This document shows positions 35,148-45,437 of a stretch of 50,725 nucleotides of DNA, piece by piece (the stretch's first letter is position 1; the number at the start of each line of letters is the position of its first letter). This stretch comes from an uncultured Actinomycetota bacterium (GTDB taxonomy: Bacteria > Actinomycetota > Aquicultoria > Subteraquimicrobiales > CAYFXD01). The position numbers and the translations under genes are program-made. The DNA is taken from contig CAYFXD010000144.1 in NCBI GenBank assembly GCA_964347095.1, positions 1 through 50,725 on the forward strand, written 5' to 3'. The notes under the pieces are model-generated. The model made no database searches, was not told the DNA's origin, and worked only from the letters and a program-made list of their open reading frames with translations.

Positions 35148-35349
35148 CTGCAGCGAGTGGAATCTCCCAAAAAGTCTTGTCTTAGTCTTGCGGACTATAG
35201 GTTTGTCTGCATCTTGTATGGCAATCCGAATTCTACCTGTTAATGTGCTTAATGTCATAGGGAAAGCACCGGTTTGCGCTGGGCGCCAAAAAAGTGTTCT
35301 GTGAAGTGGGATTGGAAAGATAATACATAATTGAGGGAGGTTGGCAACC

Positions 35350-36939
35350 ATGAATTTGAGACAACCAAATGCTAATTCAGCAACAGGGACATTCAATCGT
35401 TCGAGAAGTGTTGTGCCCATGTCTGGAATCTGTACAGATTGTCTTGATGGATGTAAAGGCGGCTGTGAGATCTGGCTTTCTTCGTTCAGAGGGAGGGAAG
35501 TTCTCTATCCGGGTCCTTTTGGGCATATTACCGCTGGTGCTGATAAGGATTATCCCATTGACTACTCTCATCTAAGTATCCAAGGGTATGCTGTTGGTGC
35601 CAAAGGGATGCCCGAGGGCGTTTTGCCTGGACCTGATAGTTCAGTCTTCCCGTGTGTCAACACTGAAACAGAATATGGGTGGGAACGAAAGGTTAGAATG
35701 AGCTTGCCCATCTTTAGCGGGGCTTTGGGTTCTACGGATATTGCCCAGATCAACTGGGAGCATTTTGCCATAGGGGCTGCTATCTCGGGCATTACCCTTG
35801 TATGTGGTGAAAATGTATGTGGTGTCGATCCCCGACTAGAACTGGATAGTAAAGGCCAGGTTCAGAATTCGCCAGAAATGGATCGCCGAATAGAGACATA
35901 TAGGCGGTTCCACAACGGTTATGGGGAGATACTTATCCAGATGAATGTGGAAGATAAGAGGTTTGGAGTGGCTGAGTATATATTGCGAAAGCATGATCTG
36001 CGTACGATTGAACTGAAATGGGGACAGGGTGCGAAAAACATTGGAGGAGAGATAAAAGTCAGACAAATCGAAAGAGCCGTTGAGCTTAAAAGGAGAGGAT
36101 ATCTGGTTACCCCGGATCCAACTCTTCCTGAGATCCGGAAAGCATTCGAAGAAGGAGAAATCAAAGAATTCGAAAGGCATTCCCGGCTGGGATTCGTAAG
36201 CAAAGAGGGTTTTCTGGCAGAGGTCCAGAGACTTCGGGACCTTGGATTTGAGAGGATTACACTCAAGACCGGCGCATATTCCATGGTAGAACTGGCTATG
36301 GCGCTGCGGTATGGAGCCGAAGCGGAACTCGATCTTATTACAATTGATGGGGCTCCGGGCGGCACAGGCATGAGTCCTTGGCCGATGATGAACGAATGGG
36401 GGATCCCTACATTCTATCTGCAGTGCCTTGCCTATGAATTCTGCGAGCAACTCAGCAAGCGAGGAATCAGAGTTCCTGACATAGCTGTGGCCGGAGGATT
36501 CTCCACTGAAGACGGTGTCTTCAAGGCAATTGCTATGGGTAGCCCCTATGTCAAGGCAGTGTGCATGGGCAGAGCATTGATGATTCCTGGTATGGTTGGC
36601 AAGAACATTGAAAAATGGTTGAACGAGAACAATCTGCCAAAGACAGTCTCCAAGTATGGGACAAGCAAAGAGGAAATCTTTGTCAACTACGAAGAATTGA
36701 AGAAGGAATATGGCAAGGAAACAAAGAATATGCCATTGGGTGCAGTCGGTATTTACACGTTTTCTCACAAGTTCAGAGTGGGCCTGCAGCAGCTCCTGGC
36801 TGGCAGCAGAAACTTCAATCTGTCCACTGTTACGCGCAATGATGTTATGGCTCTCACCAGGGAGGCATCTGAGATCTCTGGAATTCCGTATGTGACCGAT
36901 GCATATCGCGAAGAAGCGGAACGCATTCTGACCGAATAG
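35350..36939 (+). CDS. stand-alone FMN-binding glutamate-synthase-domain (GltB central domain) family protein, paralog 2
   Basis: LKWGQGAKNIGGEIK, IDGAPGGTGMSPW, VAGGF...VFKAIAMGS. N-terminal CTDCLDGCKGGC. By eye it aligns end to end with 33159-34736 at roughly half identical positions. GGGAGG lies 9 nt upstream of ATG 35350. Confidence 0.85.
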   Translation: MNLRQPNANSATGTFNRSRSVVPMSGICTDCLDGCKGGCEIWLSSFRGREVLYPGPFGHITAGADKDYPIDYSHLSIQGYAVGAKGMPEGVLPGPDSSVFPCVNTETEYGWERKVRMSLPIFSGALGSTDIAQINWEHFAIGAAISGITLVCGENVCGVDPRLELDSKGQVQNSPEMDRRIETYRRFHNGYGEILIQMNVEDKRFGVAEYILRKHDLRTIELKWGQGAKNIGGEIKVRQIERAVELKRRGYLVTPDPTLPEIRKAFEEGEIKEFERHSRLGFVSKEGFLAEVQRLRDLGFERITLKTGAYSMVELAMALRYGAEAELDLITIDGAPGGTGMSPWPMMNEWGIPTFYLQCLAYEFCEQLSKRGIRVPDIAVAGGFSTEDGVFKAIAMGSPYVKAVCMGRALMIPGMVGKNIEKWLNENNLPKTVSKYGTSKEEIFVNYEELKKEYGKETKNMPLGAVGIYTFSHKFRVGLQQLLAGSRNFNLSTVTRNDVMALTREASEISGIPYVTDAYREEAERILTE

Positions 36940-37080
36940 TACGGTTGACACGAAGGAAGATGGAAAAGAAAAATGGGGAAGATAAGCGAAAATCAGGCAG
37001 ACGAGGAAAGACCTGAAGAAAGAAGCTTTGCTCGGCTCAAGGCTTGGGTTGGGTACAAATCTGGCGTGAAGGGAGCTTAT

Positions 37081-37584
37081 ATGAAATCGGGCGGAATGCT
37101 TGGAACACTGTTAGTTGCTGTGTTGGTCCTGTCTTCGATGTTTATGCTTGCTGGTTGTTCTCGCTTGACTGAGACCGCAACCAAGAAAGCAGTGGAAAAA
37201 AGTACAGGTGTGTCAGTGGATGAAGAAGAGGGCAAAGTCAAGGTCAGGACCAAAGAAGGTGAGGCGGAACTTGAAGCCGGCGAGAATAAGCTTCCCGACG
37301 GATTTCCAGATGATTTCCCCATTTATAAAGGTGCCAAAGTGGCCAGTTCAACCAAGATGACCCTTGATCAAGGCACATCCTACACTGTTCAACTTGAAGC
37401 CAAGGAGAGCGTAAGCACAGTTGCCGACTACTATAAGGAGGCTCTCCCTGATGCTGGATACAAAATTGAAGGCACCATGGAAACGGACGGCAATGTCATG
37501 TACACGCTGGAAGGCGGAGGGATAGTTCAGGTCATGGATCAGCAGGGCAAAACCAAAATCCAAATCACCCTGATGGAAAAGTAG
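37081..37584 (+). CDS. small lipoprotein, function unknown
   Basis: Signal peptide with lipobox MFMLAGC. AAGGGA lies upstream of ATG 37081; the ORF is open from 36973. Confidence 0.6.
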   Translation: MKSGGMLGTLLVAVLVLSSMFMLAGCSRLTETATKKAVEKSTGVSVDEEEGKVKVRTKEGEAELEAGENKLPDGFPDDFPIYKGAKVASSTKMTLDQGTSYTVQLEAKESVSTVADYYKEALPDAGYKIEGTMETDGNVMYTLEGGGIVQVMDQQGKTKIQITLMEK

Positions 37585-37619
37585 CGGGGCAGCTGATGCA
37601 ACTTGCTTTGGAAGGGTAA

Positions 37620-38312
37620 ATGCCTGCGCGTGCACAGCAGAGCGATACCGAGGAGAGCGAGCCAGCTATGAAAAAGATTGACTTCAAGAAAGAACTGAAG
37701 CATCTATACAACGCATCCGCAAAAAAAGCTTCAATTGTCGAAGTTCCCAAGATGAATTTCTTGATGATCGACGGAGAAGGAGATCCAAACACGGCCAAAG
37801 CATACTCGGATGCAATCGAGGCGCTCTATGCAGTTGCCTATACGCTCAAGTTTATGATCAAAAAAGGGGCAATGGCAATCGACTACGGAGTTATGCCTCT
37901 TGAGGGGCTTTGGTGGACCGATCATATGAGCCAGTTCAGTGCAGACAATAAGGATATCTGGAAGTGGACGGCAATGATCATGCAGCCCGAATTGATAACA
38001 GAGAAACTGGTCGGAGATGCATCCGACCAGGTCGAAAAGAAGAAGAATCCGCCTGCGCTTGCCAAAATCAGGTTTGAGAAATTCCATGAGGGATTGTCAG
38101 CGCAAATAATGCATATCGGTCCCTATTCAGCAGAGGAACCGACTATAACCAGGCTCCACAAGTTCATTGCTGAGCAGGCGTACAAATTCGAGGGAACCGT
38201 GCAGAAGCATCACGAGATATACCTTAGCGATCCCCGAAGAGCTGCCCCCGAAAAAATGAAGACCATCATCAGACAACCAGTGACGGGGGTCGGTCCTCCT
38301 CAAGGCGCTTGA
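37620..38312 (+). CDS. GyrI-like small-molecule-binding domain protein
   Basis: KELKHLYNASAKKASIVEVPKMNFLMIDGEGDPNT, LEGLWW, FEKFHEGLSAQIMHIGPYSAE, HHEIYLSDPRR. The alternative start is ATG 37668. Confidence 0.7.
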   Translation: MPARAQQSDTEESEPAMKKIDFKKELKHLYNASAKKASIVEVPKMNFLMIDGEGDPNTAKAYSDAIEALYAVAYTLKFMIKKGAMAIDYGVMPLEGLWWTDHMSQFSADNKDIWKWTAMIMQPELITEKLVGDASDQVEKKKNPPALAKIRFEKFHEGLSAQIMHIGPYSAEEPTITRLHKFIAEQAYKFEGTVQKHHEIYLSDPRRAAPEKMKTIIRQPVTGVGPPQGA

Positions 38313-38660
38313 ACTACCTTTAAGTTTTCTTATTTCTAATTTCTAGATCAACAGGCATCAGCGGACCTTTGCTGCTCACTTTATTTAACTGTTGGCGCAT
38401 CTGCCTATTCGGGGTTTCCCACCTCATTCACACTTCGTGGTGCAACTGAGAACAAGCGACTGCCATCGCCATAACCGACCGGATTATGGATTTCTGGATC
38501 TCATCACGCTGTCTAAGGGTTCAATTTCCGATGGCTCTTCAAACAGCGGAATGGTTGGTTTAGTATTCTTTTATAGCTTGCGCATTAGAAAAAGGGACGT
38601 CTGCAAATCGCTTTGGCCGCACATTTTCTCGTGCCGCTCGCAGGAGGGGAATCAGTCGTT

Positions 38661-40781
38661 ATGTCCGAAGATCAAGTTGCGAACCAAGCCAATCAACATG
38701 GTAATCGGCTGATGCTGGAAAAAAGCCCCTATCTTCGCCAACATGCACACAACCCCGTAGACTGGTACCCTTGGGGCGACGAGGCCTTCCACCGAGCACG
38801 TCACCAGAACAGACCGATCTTCTTATCCATCGGGTATTCCACGTGTCATTGGTGTCATGTCATGGAACAGGAGTCTTTTGAAGATCCTCAAGTGGCCCGA
38901 TTGATGAATTCAGCCTTTGTCAACATCAAAGTAGACCGCGAGGAAAGGCCCGACATTGACGCTGTGTACATGAAAGCGTCTCAAGCTCTAACTGGCAGAG
39001 GCGGATGGCCTTTGAACCTTGTTCTGACGCCGGAACAACGACCCTTCTTTGCAACTACCTACATCCCCAAAGATCCTGGATTTGGAGGATCCGGAATGCT
39101 TGATCTCATTCCTCGGCTGAGCCAGCTCTGGACGGAGCAGAGGGACCACGTCGAATACTTGGCTTCCCAGGTGTCGCTGGCTATCGAGGAACAACCCATA
39201 CGGGACGCAACAGCTGAACTTAATAAAGAACTCCTCGAGGCGGGGTACGCCCAGCTGCTGGCAAGATTTGATAAGCAACACGGAGGATTTGGTGGCGCTC
39301 CCAAATTCCCAACTCCCCACAACTTGACCTTTCTTTTGCGCTACTGGAAGAGAAACAAAGCTGACAAGGCGCTGGCCATGGTGGAGCAGACACTTGAAGC
39401 GATGCGCAGAGGCGGGATATTCGACCACCTTGGATTTGGCTTTCACCGCTATGCGACCGATGCAGAATGGCTGGTCCCACACTTCGAAAAAATGCTCTAT
39501 GACCAGGCCCTGCTGGCTTTAGCATACACAGAGACCTATCAAGCAACCAAGGCAATCCAATACCAACGTACGGCAGACGAGATCTTCACATATGTTCTGA
39601 GGGACATGACATCTCCCCAAGGAGGTTTCTTCACCGCTGAAGATGCTGACAGCGAGGGTGAGGAAGGGAAATTCTACCTTTGGCGCATGGAGGAGCTCGA
39701 AGATGTCCTTGACGCGGACCAGTACAAAATCATAACCGGATTCCTTGATCTGAACAAAGATGGCAACTTCACAGCAGATGCAAGCGCAACAAGAACGGGG
39801 GCAAACATAATCTATCAACAGAGACGCCTGTCTGAATTTGCTCGCGCCCAAAGACGGTCTGTTGAAGAGATGCAATCACTTTGGGATGGGATCAGAGAGC
39901 TACTGCTTGCAGAGCGCAATAAACGGGTCCATCCACTGAAGGACACCAAGATTCTCACCGACTGGAACGGATTGATGATTGCCGCGCTGGCCCGTGCCGG
40001 TGCGGTTTTTGACGCACCTCAATATACAAAAGCTGCGGAAAAAGCAGCTGATTTTCTGTTGTCAAACCTTCTTAGCCCAGAGAGCACCCTCTTTCATCGC
40101 TACTGCGACGGCGAGGTTGCCATACACGGATTCTTGAACGATTATGCTTTTCTCATATGGGCACAAATCGAGCTCTATGAGGCGACGTTTGCTACCCGCT
40201 TTCTGCAAAACGCAGTTCAATTGAGCGAAGACATGATCAGAGGCTTTTGGGATGGAGAGCAGGGCGGATTTAATTTTACGCATCAGGATGCAGAGCAGTT
40301 GCCTGCCCGGCTGAAAGATGCCGATGACGGGGCGGTTCCCTCAGGCAATTCGGTGGCCATGTTGGATCTTTTGAGGCTCGGTCATCTGACAGGGAATACA
40401 TTCTTCTTGGGGAAGGCTCTGCAAACCGGTAATACCTTTGCTCCTATGATGGAGTTATCGCCGCTCGCCTTCACTCAAATGCTTGGAGCAGTGGATCTTG
40501 CGATCGGGCCGAGCTATGAGGTAGTGATCACCGGTGACGGCAATGGAAATCAGCTCAGAGAGATGCTGAAAAGCTTGCGCCAGGTTTTTGCCCCTCGGGT
40601 CGACGTTCTTTTGCTGAGCAAGGCCCACTCATCCAAGGTTGTCAAACTTGCCCCTTACACTGCAGGATTGACAAGTCAAAAAGACCGGATAACGGCACAT
40701 GTGTGCTCAAATTTCGACTGCGAAACAAGTACGAACAGCGCTGAGGAACTGCAGAATGCCCTCGAGGATAGGGGGAATTAG
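38661..40781 (+). CDS. thioredoxin-domain protein, YyaL/DUF255 family, with a C-terminal alpha/alpha-toroid (N-acylglucosamine-2-epimerase-like) region
   Basis: [68 protein letters not shown] lies upstream of ATG 38661. Confidence 0.85.
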   Translation: MSEDQVANQANQHGNRLMLEKSPYLRQHAHNPVDWYPWGDEAFHRARHQNRPIFLSIGYSTCHWCHVMEQESFEDPQVARLMNSAFVNIKVDREERPDIDAVYMKASQALTGRGGWPLNLVLTPEQRPFFATTYIPKDPGFGGSGMLDLIPRLSQLWTEQRDHVEYLASQVSLAIEEQPIRDATAELNKELLEAGYAQLLARFDKQHGGFGGAPKFPTPHNLTFLLRYWKRNKADKALAMVEQTLEAMRRGGIFDHLGFGFHRYATDAEWLVPHFEKMLYDQALLALAYTETYQATKAIQYQRTADEIFTYVLRDMTSPQGGFFTAEDADSEGEEGKFYLWRMEELEDVLDADQYKIITGFLDLNKDGNFTADASATRTGANIIYQQRRLSEFARAQRRSVEEMQSLWDGIRELLLAERNKRVHPLKDTKILTDWNGLMIAALARAGAVFDAPQYTKAAEKAADFLLSNLLSPESTLFHRYCDGEVAIHGFLNDYAFLIWAQIELYEATFATRFLQNAVQLSEDMIRGFWDGEQGGFNFTHQDAEQLPARLKDADDGAVPSGNSVAMLDLLRLGHLTGNTFFLGKALQTGNTFAPMMELSPLAFTQMLGAVDLAIGPSYEVVITGDGNGNQLREMLKSLRQVFAPRVDVLLLSKAHSSKVVKLAPYTAGLTSQKDRITAHVCSNFDCETSTNSAEELQNALEDRGN

Positions 40782-40948
40782 TGATCAAGGAAAGGTAAAG
40801 AAAACAATGGAAGATCAGGGAAAGACCGGGGAGTACGGAAGAATCCAGCAAAGCTATCGAAGCTAATACACGAGCGCTTCAATCCTCAATATTGCCTTGT
40901 TCTCCTGCATCTTCCCTGATGCTGTCTGAACAAAAGGGGTGTTGCACT

Positions 40949-41866
40949 ATGGAAAAAGCTGGGGAAATGGGCTTTATCGGGCTGGGCCGGATGGGTTTGA
41001 ATATGGTCAGTCGGATACTAGAAAGGAAGAAAGTCGATATAGTTGCCTGGGACCGTTCACCGGAACCACTGCGACAGGTTGTTGAGAAAGGGGCAACCGG
41101 AGCCGGTGCGCCTGAAGATATAATGGTTGAGCTGCAGCAGGACAGACGCGTTGTCTGGTTGATGCTGCCTGCCGGTGACGTTACGGAAACCTATTTCCAG
41201 ACGCTGCTGAAAATGATGGATCCCGGAGATATCATAATTGATGGTGCAAACTCACATTTCAAGGACAGCGTGCGAAGACATAAAGAAGCCAAAGACAAGG
41301 GCGTGGGCATGCTGGATGTGGGAGTCAGTGGCGGGATTATTGCCGCAAAAACCGGTTATCCTATGATGATTGGCGGAGAAAAGGAAACCTATGAGTTTTG
41401 CCTGCCGGTCTTTGAGAGTCTTGGCGCAGAGGAAGGATGGGATCTGCTGGGAGGTCCTGGTGCCGGTCATTATGTAAAGATGGTTCACAATGCTATTGAG
41501 TATGGGATGATGCAGGCTATAGCCGAGGGTTGCGACCTGCTTGAAAACGGCAGCTATCAGCAGCTCGATCTAAAAGACATCGTTCATGTCTGGAACCATG
41601 GCACCATTATCAGCTCGTTCTTGATGGAGATGGTTGAGCGCGCTTTGGAGAAGAGCCCTGATTTGGATTATCTCAGACCGTTTGTTGAGGATAGCGGAGG
41701 AGACCGATGGGCAACGGAGGAGGCCATTAGCAGGGCGGTGCCTTTTGTGGTAAACAGCTATGCACTTCAAGCCCGGTTTATCTCGCGTGACCAGAATTCA
41801 ACCGCCTTTCGAATGCTGGCAGCCATAAGGCACGAGTTTGGCGGCCATGAAGTGAAGAAAACATAG
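40949..41866 (+). CDS. gnd: 6-phosphogluconate dehydrogenase (decarboxylating), short ~300-aa form
   Basis: GFIGLGRMGLNM, DVGVSGGIIAAKTGYPMMIGG, GAGHYVKMVHNAIEYGMMQAIAEG. Confidence 0.85.
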   Translation: MEKAGEMGFIGLGRMGLNMVSRILERKKVDIVAWDRSPEPLRQVVEKGATGAGAPEDIMVELQQDRRVVWLMLPAGDVTETYFQTLLKMMDPGDIIIDGANSHFKDSVRRHKEAKDKGVGMLDVGVSGGIIAAKTGYPMMIGGEKETYEFCLPVFESLGAEEGWDLLGGPGAGHYVKMVHNAIEYGMMQAIAEGCDLLENGSYQQLDLKDIVHVWNHGTIISSFLMEMVERALEKSPDLDYLRPFVEDSGGDRWATEEAISRAVPFVVNSYALQARFISRDQNSTAFRMLAAIRHEFGGHEVKKT

Positions 41867-42018
41867 ACGCTGGATGCTTGATCCTAGATCCAAGACAAAA
41901 AATCTAAAACCAGGAGACCAGAAGCCTGTGCATCGTCTGGGATCCAGGATCCAGTATATGGTGTCTTGACTGGTCTTCGTTTAAATGCACGCATCATTAA
42001 GGACTTAAGAGGGCATGC

Positions 42019-42729
42019 ATGGCTATGACTATATCCAGCAAGAATAAACAAACACTGGACCAAATGGCGGTAGACATAATCAGCAATTCGACCATGAAGC
42101 TGCTGAAAGACCGAGATTGGGTTGTCCTGGCGATTCCCGGCGGAAGAAGTGTGCGTGGAATTTTTCGACACTTGGTGGAGGAACGCAATATTGGCAAGAT
42201 CCCCTGGCAGAACCTGCAGATATTTATGGCAGATGAAAGACTGGTCCCCATCGACCACAAGGACAGCAATTTCAAGCTGGCCAAGGAGATCTTCTTGGAC
42301 AAAGCGGTGAGCAGGGGAGTTCTGCCTGAAGAAAATGTTCATCCCTTTATTTTGGATACAAAAAAGGCAGATTTTGGAGTTTTTGACTATGAGCGTGAGC
42401 TTAAACAGTATGCGACGGGCTATGACATCGTAGTTCTAAGTGCCGGAGAAGACGGTCACATCGGCGCTCTGTACCCAAATCATCATTCCGTATATGATGA
42501 ATCCGAGTTCTTTTTGTCAATGACCGACTCACCCAAACCACCCAGAGACAGGATGACGCTCTCCACCAACATGCTGCTCAGGTCTGACACGGCTATTGTG
42601 CTCTTTATTGACAAGGCAAAGAAGGGTGCATACCGGGCATTCCTCGACGGTCAATTGGACTATCGGTCATGTCCCGCCAAGCTCGTATTGTCTGTTCATG
42701 ATTCCTACGTAATCACAAATCTTGGATAA
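42019..42729 (+). CDS. pgl: 6-phosphogluconolactonase
   Basis: LAIPGGRS, IFMADERLVP, VLSAGEDGHIGALYPNH. Confidence 0.85.
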   Translation: MAMTISSKNKQTLDQMAVDIISNSTMKLLKDRDWVVLAIPGGRSVRGIFRHLVEERNIGKIPWQNLQIFMADERLVPIDHKDSNFKLAKEIFLDKAVSRGVLPEENVHPFILDTKKADFGVFDYERELKQYATGYDIVVLSAGEDGHIGALYPNHHSVYDESEFFLSMTDSPKPPRDRMTLSTNMLLRSDTAIVLFIDKAKKGAYRAFLDGQLDYRSCPAKLVLSVHDSYVITNLG

Positions 42730-42739
42730 AGGAGCGAGA

Positions 42740-43753
42740 ATGACAGGCCACAACTTATATCGAGGTGAAGTCATCGGTGCGGACGTGGGAGGCACTAACA
42801 TCACTTTGAGCGTGACCAGGTTTCAAAAGGGAATGCCTGAGGTTGTTTTTTCGGAGCGCCACGAAACAGCCGCCATCGGCCAATTTTCCGATTTGGTGGG
42901 TGATTTCCTGAAATCGGCAGGCAAACAAGGTCTCAGACCAAGAAAGGGATGTTTTGCGGTGGCTGGCCATGTCGAACACGCCGATGGGGAACAAAGGGTC
43001 ACCTTGACCAATGCTGATCTTGTCGTGGATTCTGCCGAGATCAAGGCAAAGACGCAGCTTGAAGATGCCTTGGTCATCAATGATTTTGAGGCAATCTCAT
43101 ACGCAACAAACGTGCTGCAACGGGAGCAGTTCATTACGCTAAACAAGGGTAAGGCCAAGGAAAGGGCAACGCGTGCGGTTATTGGGGCAGGGACTGGGCT
43201 TGGAAAAAGCATCCTCCGGTTTCATTCTCGCCTACACACTTATTTGCCCCTTCCCTCCGAGGGTGGTCACGCTGATCTTCCCCTACTTAATAAAGAAGAG
43301 ATCAAGCTCTCCAATTTCATCAGGGAAAAAGCAGGCATCAGGAAGCAACTATCCTATGAAGACGTTCTATCAGGGAGGGGTCTAGAGCGCCTGTACAAGT
43401 ATTTGAGTCAGACTGAATTCCCACAACAACCGGCGGCTCTGTCTGCCAAAAGCATCTCACAAACCGCAGTAACCAATCCTTGCAGCAGGGAGACCTTTTT
43501 GTGGTTCATCCGGTTCTATGCACGGTGTGCGCGCAATTTTGTCTTGGATTCGTTGGCAATAGGAGGATTGTTTATCGCTGGGGGCATTGCTGCCAAGAAT
43601 CCAGATTTTTTTGGGCGTTTTATGGAAGAGTTCATCAAAAACGAGACCTATCAAGCCTTGCTGGAGGATGTTCCGGTGCAGCTTATTACGGACTACTATA
43701 TCAGTCCCGTTGGAGCGGCTTATGCATTGGCGATGCAGATGGAGATAGACTGA
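42740..43753 (+). CDS. glk: glucokinase
   Basis: IGADVGGTNITL, IGAGTGLG, SEGGHADLP, LSGRGLERLYKYL. AAAGGAG lies 5 nt upstream of ATG 42740. Confidence 0.85.
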   Translation: MTGHNLYRGEVIGADVGGTNITLSVTRFQKGMPEVVFSERHETAAIGQFSDLVGDFLKSAGKQGLRPRKGCFAVAGHVEHADGEQRVTLTNADLVVDSAEIKAKTQLEDALVINDFEAISYATNVLQREQFITLNKGKAKERATRAVIGAGTGLGKSILRFHSRLHTYLPLPSEGGHADLPLLNKEEIKLSNFIREKAGIRKQLSYEDVLSGRGLERLYKYLSQTEFPQQPAALSAKSISQTAVTNPCSRETFLWFIRFYARCARNFVLDSLAIGGLFIAGGIAAKNPDFFGRFMEEFIKNETYQALLEDVPVQLITDYYISPVGAAYALAMQMEID

Positions 43754-43767
43754 TAAGGGGGTTCTAG

Positions 43768-45279
43768 ATGTCGCGGGAGAAGTTGGAGAATTGTGCAATT
43801 GTGATCTTTGGTGCGACAGGGGATCTCATGAAGCGAAAACTAATTCCCGCATTGTATCAAATGTATAGGGCCGGAACGATCACCGATGAGTCGCCGATCA
43901 TTGGAATCAGCCGTGAATCAAAGAGCAAGGAAGAGTTTGTTGAACTATTGGAGATTGACAAATTCCTTCCCGAGTGGGATGAAGAAGTTTTGCATCGCTT
44001 TCTGAAGCTGATTCATCACTTGGCGCTGGATCTGACCAAAAAGCAAAGCGCTGAGGAATTATACAAACGATATACGGAGCTAAAGGAAAAACACGGCTGC
44101 AGCGGCAATAAGCTTTTCTATCTGGCGATCCCGCCCGATCTGTTTGGGAACGTCGTTGAGTTATTGGCCTCCAGCAAGCTGCTGGAGGTGCCCGGCTGGA
44201 ACCGTGTGGTTTTCGAGAAACCGTTCGGTCATGATCTGAAGTCGGCAATTGAATTAAATCGATTCATAAAGACGGTTTTCAAGGAGGAGGAGATCTATCG
44301 AATCGACCACTTCTTGGGGAAAGAACTAGTGCAAAGCATTTTGGTTTTTCGCTTTGGCAACTCCATCTTCGAGCAGATTTGGAACAATCAGTGTATTGAT
44401 AATGTGCAGATCACCGTGGCCGAGACGGTGGGAGTTGAGCACAGGGGTCGTTATTATGACAAAGCCGGCGCCATACGGGATATTCTTCAAAACCACATCC
44501 TACAGGTTTTGTCGACGGTGGCCATGGAAGCGCCCAAATCATGGCATGCGGACAGCATAAGAGATCAGAAGGCAAAGATATTCAGATTACTAAAGCCGAT
44601 AGATCCCGAAGACTTGGTGATCGGGCAGTATGATACCGGCCGGATCGACGGAGAAGAGGTAGTTTCCTACCGCATGGAGCCGAGCGTGAACCCCGACTCT
44701 TCCACTGAGACCTTTGTTGCTGCTAAAATACAGCTAAACAACAAGCGCTGGAGGGGTGTTCCTTTTTATGTAAGGACTGGGAAGAGGCTTGAAGTGCGCT
44801 ATTCGGAGATCGACTTGATCTTGCGGGAACCCTCCTCCTCTCTTTTTGCCGGAGAACATATGAATCGCCGTCCCAACGTTGTGACCATGAGAATTCAACC
44901 GGATGAGGGACTGGTCCTCATATTTAACGCCAAGTACCCAGGCCGCGAGATGCGGCTTCAACCAGTCATAATGGATTTCTGCCATAAATGCGAGTTTCAG
45001 ATGTATAGTCCGTCGGCATATCAAACACTCATAATGCAGGTCATGATGGGCGATCAGACGTTATTCGCGCGCTGGGATGGGGTTGAGGCAAGCTGGGAGT
45101 TTATAGAGCCGCTGTTTGATACAGTGAAAGCGCGCGGTGATAAAGTGCCGCTTTACCCCGCGGGAAGCAAGGGCCCAGCAGAAGCCGATGAACTACTGGC
45201 AAAGGATGGACGCAGGTGGATCTTGCCCAAAGAAAGCATAAATGAAAGTCATGAATATGCCAGCTTTTGGGAGGCATGA
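43768..45279 (+). CDS. zwf: glucose-6-phosphate 1-dehydrogenase
   Basis: IFGATGDLMKRKLIPALY, YRIDHFLGKE, RDILQNHILQVL. Confidence 0.92.
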   Translation: MSREKLENCAIVIFGATGDLMKRKLIPALYQMYRAGTITDESPIIGISRESKSKEEFVELLEIDKFLPEWDEEVLHRFLKLIHHLALDLTKKQSAEELYKRYTELKEKHGCSGNKLFYLAIPPDLFGNVVELLASSKLLEVPGWNRVVFEKPFGHDLKSAIELNRFIKTVFKEEEIYRIDHFLGKELVQSILVFRFGNSIFEQIWNNQCIDNVQITVAETVGVEHRGRYYDKAGAIRDILQNHILQVLSTVAMEAPKSWHADSIRDQKAKIFRLLKPIDPEDLVIGQYDTGRIDGEEVVSYRMEPSVNPDSSTETFVAAKIQLNNKRWRGVPFYVRTGKRLEVRYSEIDLILREPSSSLFAGEHMNRRPNVVTMRIQPDEGLVLIFNAKYPGREMRLQPVIMDFCHKCEFQMYSPSAYQTLIMQVMMGDQTLFARWDGVEASWEFIEPLFDTVKARGDKVPLYPAGSKGPAEADELLAKDGRRWILPKESINESHEYASFWEA

Positions 45280-45437
45280 TTGTCATCTGCTGAATAATTG
45301 TTTACGATTGGGGAATCGGCTTGTCCAGCCTGTCGGCTCACGGCTTCCAGAAGAGAATCCAGTTGGCTCAGTTGTGCATGCCGAGAATCATTTCGGGCGG
45401 ATGGAAACCAGAACATTGCGAGACAAAGGATGTACCA

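Noticed and set aside
33159-36939. A canonical glutamate synthase (gltB/gltD) operon.
   Set aside because: Both proteins contain only the FMN central domain. No glutamine amidotransferase domain, GXGXG C-terminal domain or GltD-type subunit is encoded in the window.
35836-36951. A 371-codon ORF on the minus strand, the longest ORF without a call.
   Set aside because: It lies exactly antisense to GltB-like paralog 2, whose plus-strand translation carries clear family motifs. The antisense product is low-complexity, Ser/Phe/Cys-rich, and has no SD. It is a shadow ORF.
41884-42342. A 152-aa minus-strand ORF.
   Set aside because: It lies antisense to the well-supported 6-phosphogluconolactonase gene, and no motifs are present.
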